Source: Eledone cirrhosa (lineage: Eukaryota). Taken from it: 64,000 nt of DNA. The notes beneath the pieces are model-generated. The model saw only the letters and a program-made list of their open reading frames with translations, was not told the origin of the DNA and did not search any database. This document shows positions 38,988-52,949 of the stretch, piece after piece. Numbering within the stretch: the stretch's first letter is position 1; every line of letters starts with the position of its first letter. The translations under genes and the position numbers were made by a program. The stretch spans positions 79,360,001 through 79,424,000 of the forward strand of contig OZ024740.1 in NCBI GenBank assembly GCA_964016885.1. The letters run 5' to 3'.

Positions 38988-39504
38988 TGTGTGTGTGTGT
39001 TGTGTGTGTGAGAGAGAGAGCTATGAATAAAGCTGTCATCGGAATGAAAGGTATAGTAAGCTATTTATGTACCAAAGTGTTGATGGCACCAGTCTTATTG
39101 ATTTCTAGCATAGCCATAGGTTTTTTTGTCTGTTTGTTTTTTTCGTCAGTTTCAGATAAGATGTTATGCTAATGTTTTTCTTAAAATCATTAACGATTAA
39201 AATAGAATGAACTGGCATCAACCGATATTTTAAACTGGGTTGTGAACTGAGCTGGCTGAAGTGTTTAGTTGTTATAACGGCTCCACGTGGTTTATGTTTA
39301 GCCGCCCTTCTATGAAGTTACGTTTCTTGTGTCTTTTAATAATAAAAATCCCGGGTTTATCATGCCGGCATTTTCTTCGGTGGTAGGAGACGGGATTTAA
39401 AAAACTCAGAACACACATAACGTAACAATTCCACCAATCCACCATTCTTAACTATAACTATATTTATCAACCCTGAACACCCAGAATACTGCCAATCCAC
39501 CCTG

Positions 39505-40100
39505 AAATAATTGTTTCTGCTTATGGCACAAGGCCAGCATCATCGCAGTGTATTACTGGTACTTTATTTTATCGACCCCGTAAGGATGAAAGGTAAAGCT
39601 AACCGTGGATGGATTTGAACTCAGAATATAAAGAGTCGTAACTCTATGCTGCAAAACATGGCGTCCGACGCTCTACTAATACTACCAATCCCTGAAATAA
39701 TTGTTTCTACTTTTGGCACAAGGCCAGCAATTACCCAGTGCATTACTGGTACTTTATTTTATCGACCCCGTAAGGAAAGGCAAACGCGGAGGAATCTGAA
39801 CTTAAAACACAGAGATCCGGAATAAATAGCGTGATCTGTTTAATCCGAAGCTCTGACGACTCTAAGGGTGGTGGAATGGCAGTATCGGTAGAGCATCGGA
39901 CAACATGCTTTGTGGCGTATAGTTATTGCCCTGTACGTTCTGAGTTCAAATACCGCTGAAGTTAGCTTTGCCTTTCATCCTTATGGGGTCGATAAAATAA
40001 AGTACCAGTAACGCATTGGAATCGATTTAATCGACCCCCCCCCCCCCCCCCCCCCCCAAAAAAAAATGTTAGCCTTCTGCATAAAGCAGAAACTATTAAT
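39505..40100. mobile_element. Cluster of three major-family SINEs (two minus, one plus)
   Basis: Cores at 39560, 39750 (-) and 39965 (+); repeated CCCTGAAATAATT flank. Confidence 0.8.
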
Positions 40101-41373
40101 TCGGGGTTTTCAGAGTTGATAAATATAGTAATAGTTGAGAATGGTGGATTGGCGGAATTGTTACGTTATGTGTGTTCTGAGTTTTTATCCCGTCTCATAT
40201 CACTGAGGAAAATGCCGGACTGATAGGCCACGTCGGGATTTTAACACAGAATTCAAAGAGCCAGAATAAATGCTGCAATTCACTGCCCAAGGGTGATATT
40301 TTATTTTACATTTGGAGTGCAAACCTCGCCGAGGTCAACGTTGCCTTTCAACCGCTCAAGGTCGATAAATAAAGTATCATTGGGTCGATTCTCTTTCTCT
40401 CTGTCTCTCTCTCTAGAAGAAATCGGTTGTGTTCAGACTTAGAGAGAGAAAGTGTTCCGTCGAATTTAAAGTATATTACAACGGCACCCCTGCGACTCCC
40501 TCATGAGTTCAGGTCTGATGAATCGCTGTAAATTACTGCTAATCGGTTGGCTCGTCTACTGTCGTTTGCTTATTAAGGGAATCACTTTTTCGATTACGCG
40601 TATTGTTTTTAATAATATCTTTTTGTTTATTAACTTTCATTCGGAGATATTATAAAAGAGTTTAAATTACTGTCGAGCATAGATAGATATGGTTCTTTGG
40701 AGTTGAAATTGGCTTCTGAAAAATATAACTTTCGTTCAATCGGGCGGACGGGGAATTTTCAAAGCTTATTTTATTAAGAAAAATATAGAATAAAAATTTG
40801 AGCATTGAATTAAAGCTTTCACAGAAAATAGTCTAATAATAGGGCATATATGACTATTTTCTGTAGTCAAAATACGGCAAAAGCTCTCATTCAATTCTTA
40901 AATTATGAACAATCGCGCTCATTTAAAAATAAAAATATATGGCGTCTTCGGGGGCGGGAAATGCGGTAATTAATAAAATATTGTAAATCTTCTTTCAAAC
41001 AGAAACCTGTTCTAGGCTAGGTGAACATTCAGTCTCGAGTAAATACGGGAAATATTGTGAACAAATGCGGCTTAATTGTAACTGTCGTCAGCTATTGGTC
41101 ATAACTTGTTCTATTATGTTTATATTAGAGGTGTGTGTGTGTGTGCGTGTTTATATGTATACGTGTATGTATGTATTTATGTATGCATGTATATATGTAT
41201 GCATGTATGTATGCATGTACGGTCAGTTAGTAATTTATTATCTGACTGGTACTGGCTGTTAGTGTTTGGCTTTTAACTGGAATAGCATAGAAAACACTGC
41301 GCTCTTATGGCATTCTTCACATTCATATACATAATTAGTGTATTCATACATAATTAGTGTATACATAATTAGC

Positions 41374-41560
41374 CAGGCGCGTCAAACATGCGGCCCTTTG
41401 CAAGCACACCTGCGGCCCGCAAAAAAGGTTTTACAGTGCGAGCATGTTTTATCTTCGTAATGTAAAAAAAAGAAAAAGATTTTCGATACTATTATATTTT
41501 TTTGTGCGATTTTTGTCAACTACTTTTAACTTCCGACGAATCACGCGCAGCTCATTATCA
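41374..41560 (+). mobile_element. hAT 5' terminal fragment, same family as 42391-44746
   Basis: CAGGCGCGTCAAACATGCGGCCC...; matches the reverse complement of 44550-44746. Confidence 0.8.
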
Positions 41561-41569
41561 GTACTGCAC

Positions 41570-42380
41570 ATGGGAATTCCCACCCTTACAGCAAATAGAT
41601 TACAATGCTGGCGCACCATTTTATTAAAATATAATTTTAAGATGGAATATCTACCAACCAAAAAATTAGGACATGCCGATACCTAAAAATAGTGAACCGT
41701 TTGAAGACACAGTGATCGCGGCATTAAGAGCTAAAAAAGGAAATAAAAAGTATATTGTGTAACGTAGTACTGGAATTACCTTAGAAGAAATAAAATCAAA
41801 AGTGGAAGAAGATGTTTTTATTACGGAAATTAAAAGTTTACTGAGAGCAGAAAAAATAACTAAAAATATGTGGTTTGCAGAACACAACCCAGATTCGAAC
41901 TCTTACTCAATTTGTGACAATGTACTGATGTATGCACAAAGAGTAGTAATACCAGTCACACTACAAAAGCGAATATTAATGTCATCCGGGAATTTCAAGA
42001 ATGAAAGCTCTTAAGAGAAGTTATGTATACTGGCCCAAAACGGACCAAGAGATTGAAAAGTTGGTAAAATCCTGCAGAGGCTATGCTCTTGCAGCAAAAT
42101 CACCTGCCACAAAATTTCAACCTCGGCCAAAGACATATATTCCATGGTCCAGACTACATATACATTTGGCAGGTTCACTAAACGGCTCATGTTATCTTGT
42201 AGTGGTAGATAGCTTTACTAAATGGCCTGGAATGTGATTTGTAAGTGTAAAAAACCAACCTCCTCGGTTACAATACGTTTTTTACACGAATTGTTTGCAA
42301 GATATGATATTCCTGATACCATAGTTTCTGATAATGGGACACAATTCACTGCGTATGAATTTAAAAGATTTTTTTTTAAG
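41570..42380 (+). pseudogene. Gypsy LTR-retrotransposon pol remnant (RNase H end + integrase)
   Basis: ANRLQCW...KLGHAD; RSYVYWP...LVKSC; PWSRLHIH...VVVDSFTKWP; IVSDNGTQF. Frameshifted. Confidence 0.85.
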
Positions 42381-42390
42381 TTCTCTATGG

Positions 42391-44746
42391 CAAGCATGTC
42401 AAACTGAGGGTCACCCATGGGCCACATGGGTCACATATGTGTTGTCTGAGGGCCGCACATGACAACTAATTGTGCATATTACCACTAATGAAAGTCATTT
42501 AATAAAATTTATTGCAGAAAAATGTGTTACTTAAATTTAGAAACATACAATGTACATACAAATGTTTCAGCAGCATTCATGAATAAAAAGTAATGAAGTG
42601 ATTTGACAAAAACTAAAATTTTAAATGGCAACATATACTTGCAGTTTGCAACAGCAACAAATACATTGTAGAAAAATTACAACAGTTCAAAACTGAACAT
42701 TTATTTGCTACTATTCAACCATTTTTAGTGTTTTGTCCCGAGGCTTGACACCTCTTTTTGTTGACAATTTTTGGTATGTCTGGCTGAAATGTCTGTACAG
42801 TTCCGACTTTGATCAGAAATGACAAGTGTTGATCAGTCAGCCTTGTTCTCTGAGAAGTTTTTGCTAATTTTATGAAGGAAAATAACTGTTCACACATATA
42901 GGTAGAACCAAACATTGCCATAATCTTTGTGGCAAACTTTCTGAAGTTTTTTAACTTTTGAGGATGATATGAAAAGAAACCAGGTATCTCCAGTTCAAGA
43001 TACTTTGATCTGAGTGTAGAATTTGACTGCATTTCCAATCGTTCCATCTGCATGTTTTCTTCTGCCTTGGCAACATCAAAGGCGAATGGTGATGAGAATA
43101 ATTCAAACTGATGTTCAAAAGATGAGAAATCACAAAATCTTTCCTGAAATTCCTTTGCTAAGTACGGAATTAGTATTGGCAGTGTTTATCTCTTTGCACG
43201 TAGGAAAATAAACTAAATTTTCATTTGACAACTGTAACTTCCATAAGCTTAGTTTTCTAATGAAGCACTTGATGTCATCATACAATTGAGTGATGAGTTT
43301 GTTTTTACCTTGTAATTACAAATTAAGATCAGTTAATTGTGTAGTAATATCTACAGCAAAAGCCAGATATTGGAGCCATCTTTCATCTTTTATTTGATCT
43401 GTTTTGACCTTTCATCTCCCAAAACATAATTATTTCTTGTCTCAACAAAAAGAATCTTTTCAGCACTTTGTGACATGACAACCAGCAGACTTCTGTGTAG
43501 AATGGAACATCGGTGAACTGATTATATATATCTTAGAATAACTGGCTGAACTAAACGGTGGTTGAGAGCACGGCCTCTAATATAGTTCACTGTCTTTGTG
43601 ACCAAGCTAAGCACATGATGCAATTTAAAAATCTTTAAACACAAATTTTGCTGATAAATAATACAGTGAAAATGTTCAAATAATGAATCTGGATGCGAGT
43701 TTTCTATTTTTGTTCGAAACTTGGCAGCAACACCATTATGTTTGCCAACCATATTCGCAGCACCGTCAATAGATAAGCATGCAAGTTTACTCAAATCAAA
43801 ACCATAGTCATGCAGAACCTTATCGTCTTTCTCTAAGATGTCCTGGCTTGTTATAGTGTCATGCATCAGTTCAATCAGTTCTTCATAAATATTAAATTCA
43901 CTGTCACAGGCCCTGATGAAGAATGCAAGCTGTGCTAATCCAGTGATGTCAACGGTATCATCAATAGCAATAGAAAAATATTCAAACCTTGATGATATAG
44001 CCTCCAACTGTTGTTTCAGATCACCTGACATTTCATTAATCCGTTCAGCAACAGTGTTCCTGGTTAATGAAATGTCTTTGAATAACTGCTTTCTCTGTAC
44101 ATACAATTTCAGCTGTTTTTACAAGGCATTGCTTTACAAAATCTACTTCACTGTAAGATTCCCCACTTATAGCGATCATTCGGCTGAGTTCATAGCTTGC
44201 AGTAACGGAAGCCACATTCTCTTCCTGAATGTTCATAAAACAGGTCTGTTGCTGTGTCAAGTTAGCCTTCAATTCCTTGAGTATTGAAACACGTATTGCG
44301 CTTTCATATTTATCGTAAGATCGATGGTTCGTTTCATAACGCCTTTTCAAACTGTACTCTTTTGGCGTGGCGATGCAGTTATTGCAAATTAAACCGTTCA
44401 CCGTTGTGCAAAAATACTGTAATTCCCACTTTTCTTGAAACACTCGCCCTTCTTCGTTCAATTTCCTTTTTCTCTTAGCTGGAGGAGCACTAGCCATCTT
44501 AAAAGAAAAAAACTTTTGAAATTTTGAAAGAAAGTTTTCTGTTTAATAACTGTTAATGAGCTGCGTGTGATTCGTTGGAAATTAAAAGTAGTTGACAAAA
44601 TCGTACAAAAAAAAAATCAATCCTATAGAAAAACTTTTATATTACGAATATAAAACATACTCGCGCTGTAAAAACCTTTGTGTGGGCTGCAGGTGTGATG
44701 GCAAAGAGCCGCATGCGGCCCGCGGGATGCATGTTTGACATGCCTG
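42391..44746 (-). mobile_element. Full-length but decayed hAT transposon (SPIN/Buster/GTF2IRD2-like transposase)
   Basis: TIRs CAAGCATGTCAAAC / GTTTGACATGCCTG. ORF fragments RVFQEKWE, SLTRNTVAERI, FSIAIDD, IDGAANM, HCII, MFGSTYMCEQLFS. Many frameshifts; no matching TSD. Confidence 0.9.
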
Positions 44747-45726
44747 CTATAAGACATGATGAAAACTTTAATCACTCCCAAGTCTAGCCACGAGAACGAG
44801 CATGATCCAAGCTATGCAATGAGCAATGGCATTGATTGATCTGTTCCCTTAAATGCTAACCAAAGAGGACTTTGCTATGGGAATGAATCTACTCAAGAAA
44901 TCTCTTCCATCCTTGACATACCTGGGGTTAAGGATGATAACGGTATCCCCCTCCGGCTCTCTTCGTTCTGAGTTCGAATCCCACCCAGGTTAACTTTGCC
45001 TTTCTTTCGTTTGAGGTCGATAAAAAAAAATCAGTCAAATACTAGTATCGATTCTTGCCCCACCTGTCCCCCTATCACTATTCAGGCCTGGTGAGAGGAT
45101 GGACTCTGCCAGGCTTAAAGTGTCAAAGACACGGCATGTGTCACAGCACCCCCACAGCACCCCCTCCCGCCGAATCCACCGCTTAACTGGTCTCGCTAGG
45201 GGATCTAGCCGGATCAGTTGGAGATGGTTGCTTCTGACAGGACCCGCTTGAAGGAACGTTTGAGGTCTCTGCCCCAATGACCCTCTTGGGAATAAGTGGG
45301 CGAAGAAGGTGTAGTTAGGAAGGTCGTGTTTCATCCACTGTATTCCTTAACCGGGAATAATAGTAAACATTTTCCACACACACATATATATAATTTAAGG
45401 AACCGACAAAACAGATGTACAAAAAGTCTTATTAGTTTGACGCTCTAAATGAAAAAGGGGAAAGAAAGTTTGACGTGTCGGGCCTTAGCCCTTCCTCGGG
45501 AGTACAAAAGTAGAGACATGATCACAAAGGATTGATACAGAAAATAAAGAGTAGTCCGTAGTAAAAAAACGAAAATAATGAGAGTAAACAAGACAAACTG
45601 TTAAGTAGTCTTGATAACGATTTTGGAACGTAAAGTGAAATGTGTGTATATTAGTGTCGATACTATGTGCGCGTGTATATGTATGTTTAAAAGTGTGTGT
45701 TTTGTAAAGTCGTGTGTATATATACA

Positions 45727-45806
<80 letters not shown>

Positions 45807-45862
45807 TTCGTTTCTGAATTTGTTTAGGAAGATTCTTTATCTGAAATCGTGTATTGAAACCG

Positions 45863-48344
45863 ATATTGTTATACTTTGGGAGGGTCATGTTGCCAATAAG
45901 AAACACACGCACCAGTTTCTTTCACTTCAATTTATTATAATAAATTTATAAATTTAGGAATTTATAAATTTCTGGTTGGTTGGTTGGTTCCACAACCAGA
46001 TAGTTGTTTATATATTGTCAAAGTTCTTTCGTCACACATTCTGTGACCTCTTCAGTGACTGGGGATTCTTTTCTTTGTTTTTGTGCCTCTCCTTTGTTCT
46101 GTCCTACGCCATTTTGTTTCTGTGTGTGTGTTGTGTGCTCAGTCTGCGCATGCGCCACATCCGGGTGTCTGTGTGTGTTTATATTTGTTTATTTATTTGT
46201 TTATTTATTTGTTTATTTACATGTTACCGGTTGGTTGTTTGTTCTATGTCTGTGTGTGTTTTCATTTTGTCCTTAATTGTAAGTTGTGATGTTGCTGTTC
46301 CACTCATATTTTCTATTTAATTTTGGTTGTAATTCTTTTATGTTTATTGCCTCTGTGATTTGTCTAAACATTGCGTCTTTTCTGTGTGTAGATTCTATTT
46401 TTATTTCTATGTTCTCTAATTTACCCTTATGTTCTATTTTAGCATGTTGGTAGAGTACAGATGATTCTTTACTATCTTGAAGGTCTCGCCAGTGTTCATT
46501 TATCCGTTCCCCTACACTACGAGCTGTCTCACCTATGTACACTATATTTTTGTCTCTACATTGTCCTTCAGTACATCTTATGCTATACACTACATTTCTA
46601 GTTTTACAGTTAATATGGGGGCTTATTTTACAGGTTATAAATTTCTTATCTATACAGGGGGGTCTTTGGAAAGGTATGTCTTGCTAATAAGTGTTTTTAC
46701 GGAGGTACCTGGTCTTTCTACTATCTTAATATTGAGTTTATGTTTATCTAGGGCCCTTCTAAATTTGTAAGCTAATTCACCTCTAGGGGTTGTATCGATG
46801 AACATTACACTCTGGTATTTATTGCTATCATACCATGAGTTTATTCTATTAGCCTTATTCCTAGTTCTTTCTATTCTATTCCAAAATTTGCTCCTATACA
46901 AGGGGCAGGTCCCATTTGTGTCATTATTTACCATTTTTTCCCATTTGGTTCTGGCTCCTCTATACACTCTGATTCTATCTCTCTGATTGTAACCAGAGAA
47001 CTGCATACGGTGGATGAAGTGTTGTATGTGTCTCTCTAGTTCTTCGGGGTTGCACATGCGGGACACGTTTCTCATCACCCGTACCAAATCCGCAATCAGT
47101 ATGTTGATTTTGGTATGGTCCGAAACAGCCGAGTTTCGGTGGATCAGATGTTTGGAAGTCATGGGTTTGGCATAATGGGAATGGAGGATTTGTTTTTTGT
47201 TATTAATGGTATCTAACCAGAGCTCTGAGTCTAGTACAGGTAATCGATGGTTGGGGTGTTTACTTGGGTAGTCTATAGTAACTCTAATACTCTGGTGGAT
47301 GGAGTTAGCTATTTGCTGGATGCTTTCCATTGTGTCTTTCTCTAGTTCCTGACTGTTCTCTAGTGGGGGTGTCTTAACTACGATGTTTATATCATCAACG
47401 TAGTGGGAGTACATTATCAGGGTTAAGGGGTCTTCTAATTGTTCTTTAAGTTTAAGTTTAAGTCTACTGTCCCACCATACCATGAATAAGTTAGCTACGT
47501 CGCCTGCAATGCTAACACCAATGGCTGCTCCTTCCTATTGGGCATATGTTTTTCCATTAAATTTGAACATATGTTCCTTAAGGGTTAGTTTTATGCTGGC
47601 CCCTACCGCATGTGCAATCATTTTCTTCAGTTCATCGTGGTTTTCGGGTGTCCGTATGGCTCTGGTCCACCCGTTCCATCTATCTGTGTGGGTTTTCTTG
47701 GCCATTGAGGTAATGGTAGGTCGTCTGCCTCTTGCTGGTCTTGTAGGGCACAGGTTGCTAAGGTCATATGTGTCTAGGTAATTATTACTATAGGTAAGTT
47801 TAAGTAGGAGTCCCAGCTCACTGGTATCAATCCCACGGAACTCAACATTGCTCTCACCGATCATTTCTACGCATTTCTGCACAGCAAAATCCACGTCAAT
47901 AGATGGATACAGGGACACAACATCCATACTACCTATTATGCAGTTTGTTAGGTCCCTAGATCGGTTACCCCCGCCGATTCTGCTGAGGAGGTCCTTCGTG
48001 CTGTCACATACATCTGGGGACATTTCAATGATGGGGCGTATGATCAGGGAGAGGAAGTAGGACAGTCTGTAGTTACTAGCAATGTCAGCCCCACAGACTG
48101 GCCGTGTTGGTGGTCCCGTGACAGGGTCACTGCCCGTTTTATGGTCTTTTCGAAGCCCATACAACGCCGGCACGTCATTGTTCCAGGCCTGGAAGTTGTT
48201 GGCAGTCCTTTTGTTGGGCTGCATTATATTCGTCCACATCACCATATGGGCATTGAGGGCTTTTTCTCTATCCTCATGCTCCTGTGGTGTTACCTCTCTT
48301 GTGTTAGTGATGTGGGGTTGCATTGCCTGGATGTAGTTTGGCAG
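45863..48344 (-). mobile_element. Penelope-like element (RT + GIY-YIG), left arm of the fold-back
   Basis: LYGLRKDHK...RPVC, MDVVSLYPSI, GAAIGV, YVDD, LPVLD, VYSIRC...YIGET; stop at YAQ* and a frameshift near 46675. Confidence 0.92.
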
Positions 48345-48830
48345 GCTGGGACTCCTACTTAAACTTACCTATAGTAATAATTACCTAGACACATATGACC
48401 TTAGCAACCTGTGCCCTACAAGACCAGCAAGAGGCAGACCACCTACCATTACCTCAATGGCCAAGAAAACCCACACAGATAGATGGAACGGGTGGACCAG
48501 AGCCATACGGACACCCGAAAACCACGATGAACTGAAGAAAATGATTGCACATGCGGTAGGGGCCAGCATAAAACTAACCCTTAAGGTACATATGTTCAAA
48601 TTTAATGGAAAAACATATGCCCAAGAGGAAGGAGCAGCCATTGGTGTTAGCATTGCAGGCCACATAGCTAACTTATTCATGGTATGGTGGGACAGTAGAC
48701 TTAAACTTAAACTTAAAGAACAATTAGAAGACCCCTTAACCCTGATAATCTACTCCCGCTACGTTGATGATATAAACATCGTAGTTAAGACACCCCACTA
48801 GAGAACAGTCAGGAACTAGAGAAAGACACA

Positions 48831-49889
48831 ATGGAAAGCATCCAGCAAATAGCTAACTCCATCCACCAGAGTATTAGAGTTACTATAGACTACCCAAGTA
48901 AACACCCCAACCATCGATTACCTGTACTAGACACAGAGCTCTGGTTAGATACCATTAATAACAAAAAACAAATCCTCCATTCCCATTATGCCAAACCCAT
49001 GACTTCCAAACATTTGATCCACCGAAACTCGGCTGTTTCGGACCATACCAAAATCAACATACTGATTGCGGATTTGGTACGGGTGATGAGAAACGTGTCC
49101 CGCATGTGCAACCCCGAAGAACTAGAGAGACACATACAACACTTCATCCACCGTATGCAGTTCTCTGGTTACAATCAGAGAGATAGAATCAGAGTGTATA
49201 GAGGAGCCAGAACCAAATGGGAAAAAATGGTAAATAATGACACAAATGGGACCTGCCCCTTGTATAGGAGCAAATTTTGGAATAGAATAGAAAGAACTAG
49301 GAATAAGGCTAATAGAATAAACTCATGGTATGATAGCAATAAATACCAGAGTGTAATGTTCATCGACACAACCCCTAGAGGTGAATTAGCTTACAAATTT
49401 AGAAGGGCCCTAGATAAACATAAACTCAATATTAAGATAGTAGAAAGACCAGGTACCTCCGTAAAAACACTTATTAGCAAGACATACCCTTTCCAAAGAC
49501 CCCCCTGTATAGATAAGAAATGTATAACCTGTAAAATAAGCCCCCATATTAACTGTAAAACTAGAAATGTAGTGTATAGCATAAGATGTACTGAAGGACA
49601 ATGTAGAGACAAAAATATAGTGTACATAGGTGAGACAGCTCGTAGTGTAGGGGAACGGATAAATGAACACTGGCGAGACCTTCAAGATAGTAAAGAATCA
49701 TCTGTACTCTACCAACATGCTAAAATAGAACATAAGGGTAAATTAGAGAACATAGAAATAAAAATAGAATCTACATACAGAAAAGACGCAATGTTTAGAC
49801 AAATCACAGAGGCAATAAACATAAAAGAATTACAACCAAAATTAAATAGAAAATATGAGTGGAACAGCAACATCACAACTTACAATTAA
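48831..49889 (+). CDS. PLE RT thumb + Cys linker + GIY-YIG endonuclease (Neptune-like linker CxxxxCxxC)
   Basis: PCIDKKCITC, NVVYSIRC, VYIGETARSVGERINEH, LYQH, EAINI...LN. Confidence 0.85.
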   Translation: MESIQQIANSIHQSIRVTIDYPSKHPNHRLPVLDTELWLDTINNKKQILHSHYAKPMTSKHLIHRNSAVSDHTKINILIADLVRVMRNVSRMCNPEELERHIQHFIHRMQFSGYNQRDRIRVYRGARTKWEKMVNNDTNGTCPLYRSKFWNRIERTRNKANRINSWYDSNKYQSVMFIDTTPRGELAYKFRRALDKHKLNIKIVERPGTSVKTLISKTYPFQRPPCIDKKCITCKISPHINCKTRNVVYSIRCTEGQCRDKNIVYIGETARSVGERINEHWRDLQDSKESSVLYQHAKIEHKGKLENIEIKIESTYRKDAMFRQITEAINIKELQPKLNRKYEWNSNITTYN

Positions 49890-50102
49890 GGACAAAATGA
49901 AAACACTCACACACATAGAACAAACAACCAACCGGTAACATGTAAATAAACAAATAAATAAACAAATAAATAAACAAATATAAACACACACAGACACCCG
50001 GATGTGGCGCATGCGCAGACTGAGCACACAACACACACACAGAAACAAAATGGCGTAGAACAGAACAAAGGAGAGGCACAAAAACAAAGAAAAAAATCCC
50101 CA

Positions 50103-50145
50103 GTCACTGAAGAGGTCACAGAATGTGTGACGAAAGAACTTTGAC
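50103..50145 (+). ncRNA. Minimal hammerhead in PLE 3' repeat; mirror copy at 46017-46059 (-)
   Basis: GTCA-CTGAAGA-gGTCACA-gaatg-TGTGAC-GAAAG-aa-CTT-TGAC. Confidence 0.8.
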
Positions 50146-50291
50146 AATATATAAACAACTATCTGGTTGTGGAACCAACCAACCAACCAGAAATTTATAA
50201 ATTCCTAAATTTATAAATTTATTATAATAAATTGAAGTGAAAGAAACTGGTGCGTGTGTTTCTTATTGGCAACATGACCCTCCCAAAGTAT

Positions 50292-50340
<49 letters not shown>

Positions 50341-50735
50341 AAACAAATAGTAGAAAGGAAAAAGAATTTTTCCTGTAGAAAATGTTGAAGAGATATTTTT
50401 GGTGAAATTTCAAAAAGTACCAGTAATGCACTGGGTAATTGCTGGCCTTGTGCCTAAAGTAGAAACAATTAATTTATTTACAATACCGGTTTCAGCATTA
50501 AATGCATTTTTAATTGCGGATATGCAGAATATTGTTAAGTTGCATATTTATACAAATAGTAAAAAATAATGATAATAACAAAAAAAAAAGAGAAAAAAAT
50601 ATAGAGAGAGAGAGGGGAAGAAAAGTTCATTTTCACATACGTAGTCCTTCAGAAAAAAAAGTCATTTTGTCAGTCCATCCCTCTCTGCTAATGGCTTTGT
50701 TGTGACTGGATAGGGAAGAAGTAGGAGGGGAGAGG

Positions 50736-50798
<63 letters not shown>

Positions 50799-51534
50799 TA
50801 TTTTCTTCGTGGTTATAAGAGGCTTAGCTCTGTTTCTCGACCGTTATACCGCGTGACTGTCTCCCCCTCCGCCTTTTGGGATTCTTTCTCACATCGTGTA
50901 GACGCGTTCTTGAGACTAGTAAAATGAGGTATCCTCTTGATAAGTTGGCAGACCTCGCAAGGACTCTATATCTTTGATATATTGTTTTTGTTTATGCCAC
51001 GAAACTACGTAGTCGAGGAATTTAGGAACAGTTTAGGTATGATACATTTTATTACTAATTATATCTAAATGTTTCTTCTCTCTTCATAATGTATATATAT
51101 ATATATATATACATGTATATATACGTACGAACCTTTGGCCTAAAAATGTTCTTTAAGTCAAACTGTTTTTCTAATATTTTTGGCAATCAATCTACAGCAT
51201 TGGTGTCAACCCTGGATTCATATGAACCCAGCGGTATTACTAAAACATTTTCGCGGTTCCTGAAAAAAAAGCGGGAAGGGCTGCAATTGTTACATGGTTC
51301 ATCAACAACATTAATCGACATTCCCCACCCAAAAATTGTTGGCCTTGTGCCTAAATCAGAAACCAATATTAAAGCTGGGTATATAATCCCTTAGATATCC
51401 CCCCCCCCCCTTTTCTGTCTCTGCGGGATATATCGAACCAATTTGTTCCACTATTTTCATTGTCTACAACCCTGTATCAAATCAGTTTAATCTAAGCTAA
51501 CATGCTTTCAAAATACAAAGAATTTCGTTAGAAA

Positions 51535-51755
51535 TATGAGAACAAAAATTTTAAGGAATTTTTATTCTGAGTCTCTCCCTAATATTTAGTGTTCGTATCA
51601 TTAAACAATAAGTTTAAGGGATATTTCTTTCTGAGTCTCTCCCTAATATTTACGGTTCGTATTGAGAAACAAGTTTAAGGTATATTTTTCTGTGTCTCTC
51701 CCTAATATTTACGGTTCATATCGTTATACATCAAGTTTAAGGTATATATTTTCTG
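51535..51755. repeat. ~60-bp minisatellite, about 3.5 copies
   Basis: AAGTTTAAGG...TCTGAGTCTCTCCCTAATATTTACGGTTCGTAT repeated. Confidence 0.8.
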
Positions 51756-52742
51756 CACAATTAACTGATCGTAATTTGAAATTACAAGGTAAAAACTCAT
51801 CACTCAATTGTATGATGACATCAAGTGCTTCACTGGAAAATTAAGCTTATGGAAGTCACAGTTGTCAAATGAAAATTTAGTTCATTTCCCTACGTGTAAA
51901 GAGATGAAAAACACTGCCAATACTGATTCTGTACTTAGCTTTGCTAAGTATGATAGTCACCTGGAATTATTGTCAAAGGAATTTCAGGAAAGATTTTGTG
52001 ATTTCTCATCTTTTAAACATCAGTTTGAATTATTCTCAGCACCATTCACCTTTGATGTTGCCAAGGCAGAAGAAAATATGCAGATGGAACGATTGTAAAT
52101 GCAGTCAAATTCTACACTCAGATCAAAGTATCTTGAACTGGAGATACCTGGTTTCTTTTCATATCTTCCTCAAAAGTTAAAAAACTTCAGAAAATTTGCC
52201 ACAAAGATTATGGCAATGTTTGGTTCTACCTATGTGTGTGAACAGTTATTTTCCTTCATAAAATTAGCAAAAACTTCTCAGAGAACAAGGCTGACTGATC
52301 AACACTTGTCATTTCTGATCAAAGTCGGAACTGTACAGACATTTCAGCCAGACATACCAAAAATTGTCAACAAAAAGAGGTGTCAAGCCTCGGGACAAAA
52401 CACTAAAAATGGTTGAATAGTAGCAAATAAATGTTTAGTTTTGAACTGTTGTAATTTTTGTACAATGTATTTGTTGCTGTTGCAAACTGCAAGTATATGT
52501 TGCCATTTAAAATTTTAGTTTTTTGTCAAACCACTTCATTACTTTTTATTCATGAATGCTGCTGAAACATTTGTATGTACATTGTATGTTTCTAAATTTA
52601 AGTAACACATTTTTCTGCAATAAATTTTATTAAATGACTTTAATTAGTGGTAATGTGCACAATTAGTTGTCATGTGTGTCCCTCAGACAACACATATGTG
52701 ACCCATGCGGCTCTTGGGGGCACTCTCAGTTTGACATGCCTG
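51756..52742 (+). mobile_element. hAT 3' fragment (dimerisation-domain region + right TIR), same family as 42391-44746
   Basis: MFGSTYVCEQLFS; ends GTTTGACATGCCTG followed by GTCTAAAC. Confidence 0.88.
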
Positions 52743-52949
52743 GTCTAAACGATTTATATAGTGAGAGAAATACAGATGAGGTAAGCGCCTTTATCCTCCT
52801 GAGTCGAGTCTGCTACTCGGTTTTGATTCTTGCTTGTTCCCAGGGCCCCAAAGAAGACTAATTCCTTTTAAATGGTACTCCAGCATGGCTGCAGTCTCCT
52901 CGTGAGTCGAATCTGCTACTCGGTTTCGATTCTTGCTTGTGGTCAGGGC

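Larger units (their letters stand above)
48345..50299 (+). mobile_element. Penelope-like element, right arm (inverted, more 5'-truncated)
   Basis: Near-identical reverse complement of 45863-47818; YSRYVDD; -1 frameshift at ~48795. Confidence 0.92.

Noticed and set aside
42715-44497. Domesticated GTF2IRD2/ZBED-like host gene
   Set aside because: Multiple frameshifts, retained TIRs and several copies in the window; it is a decayed transposon.
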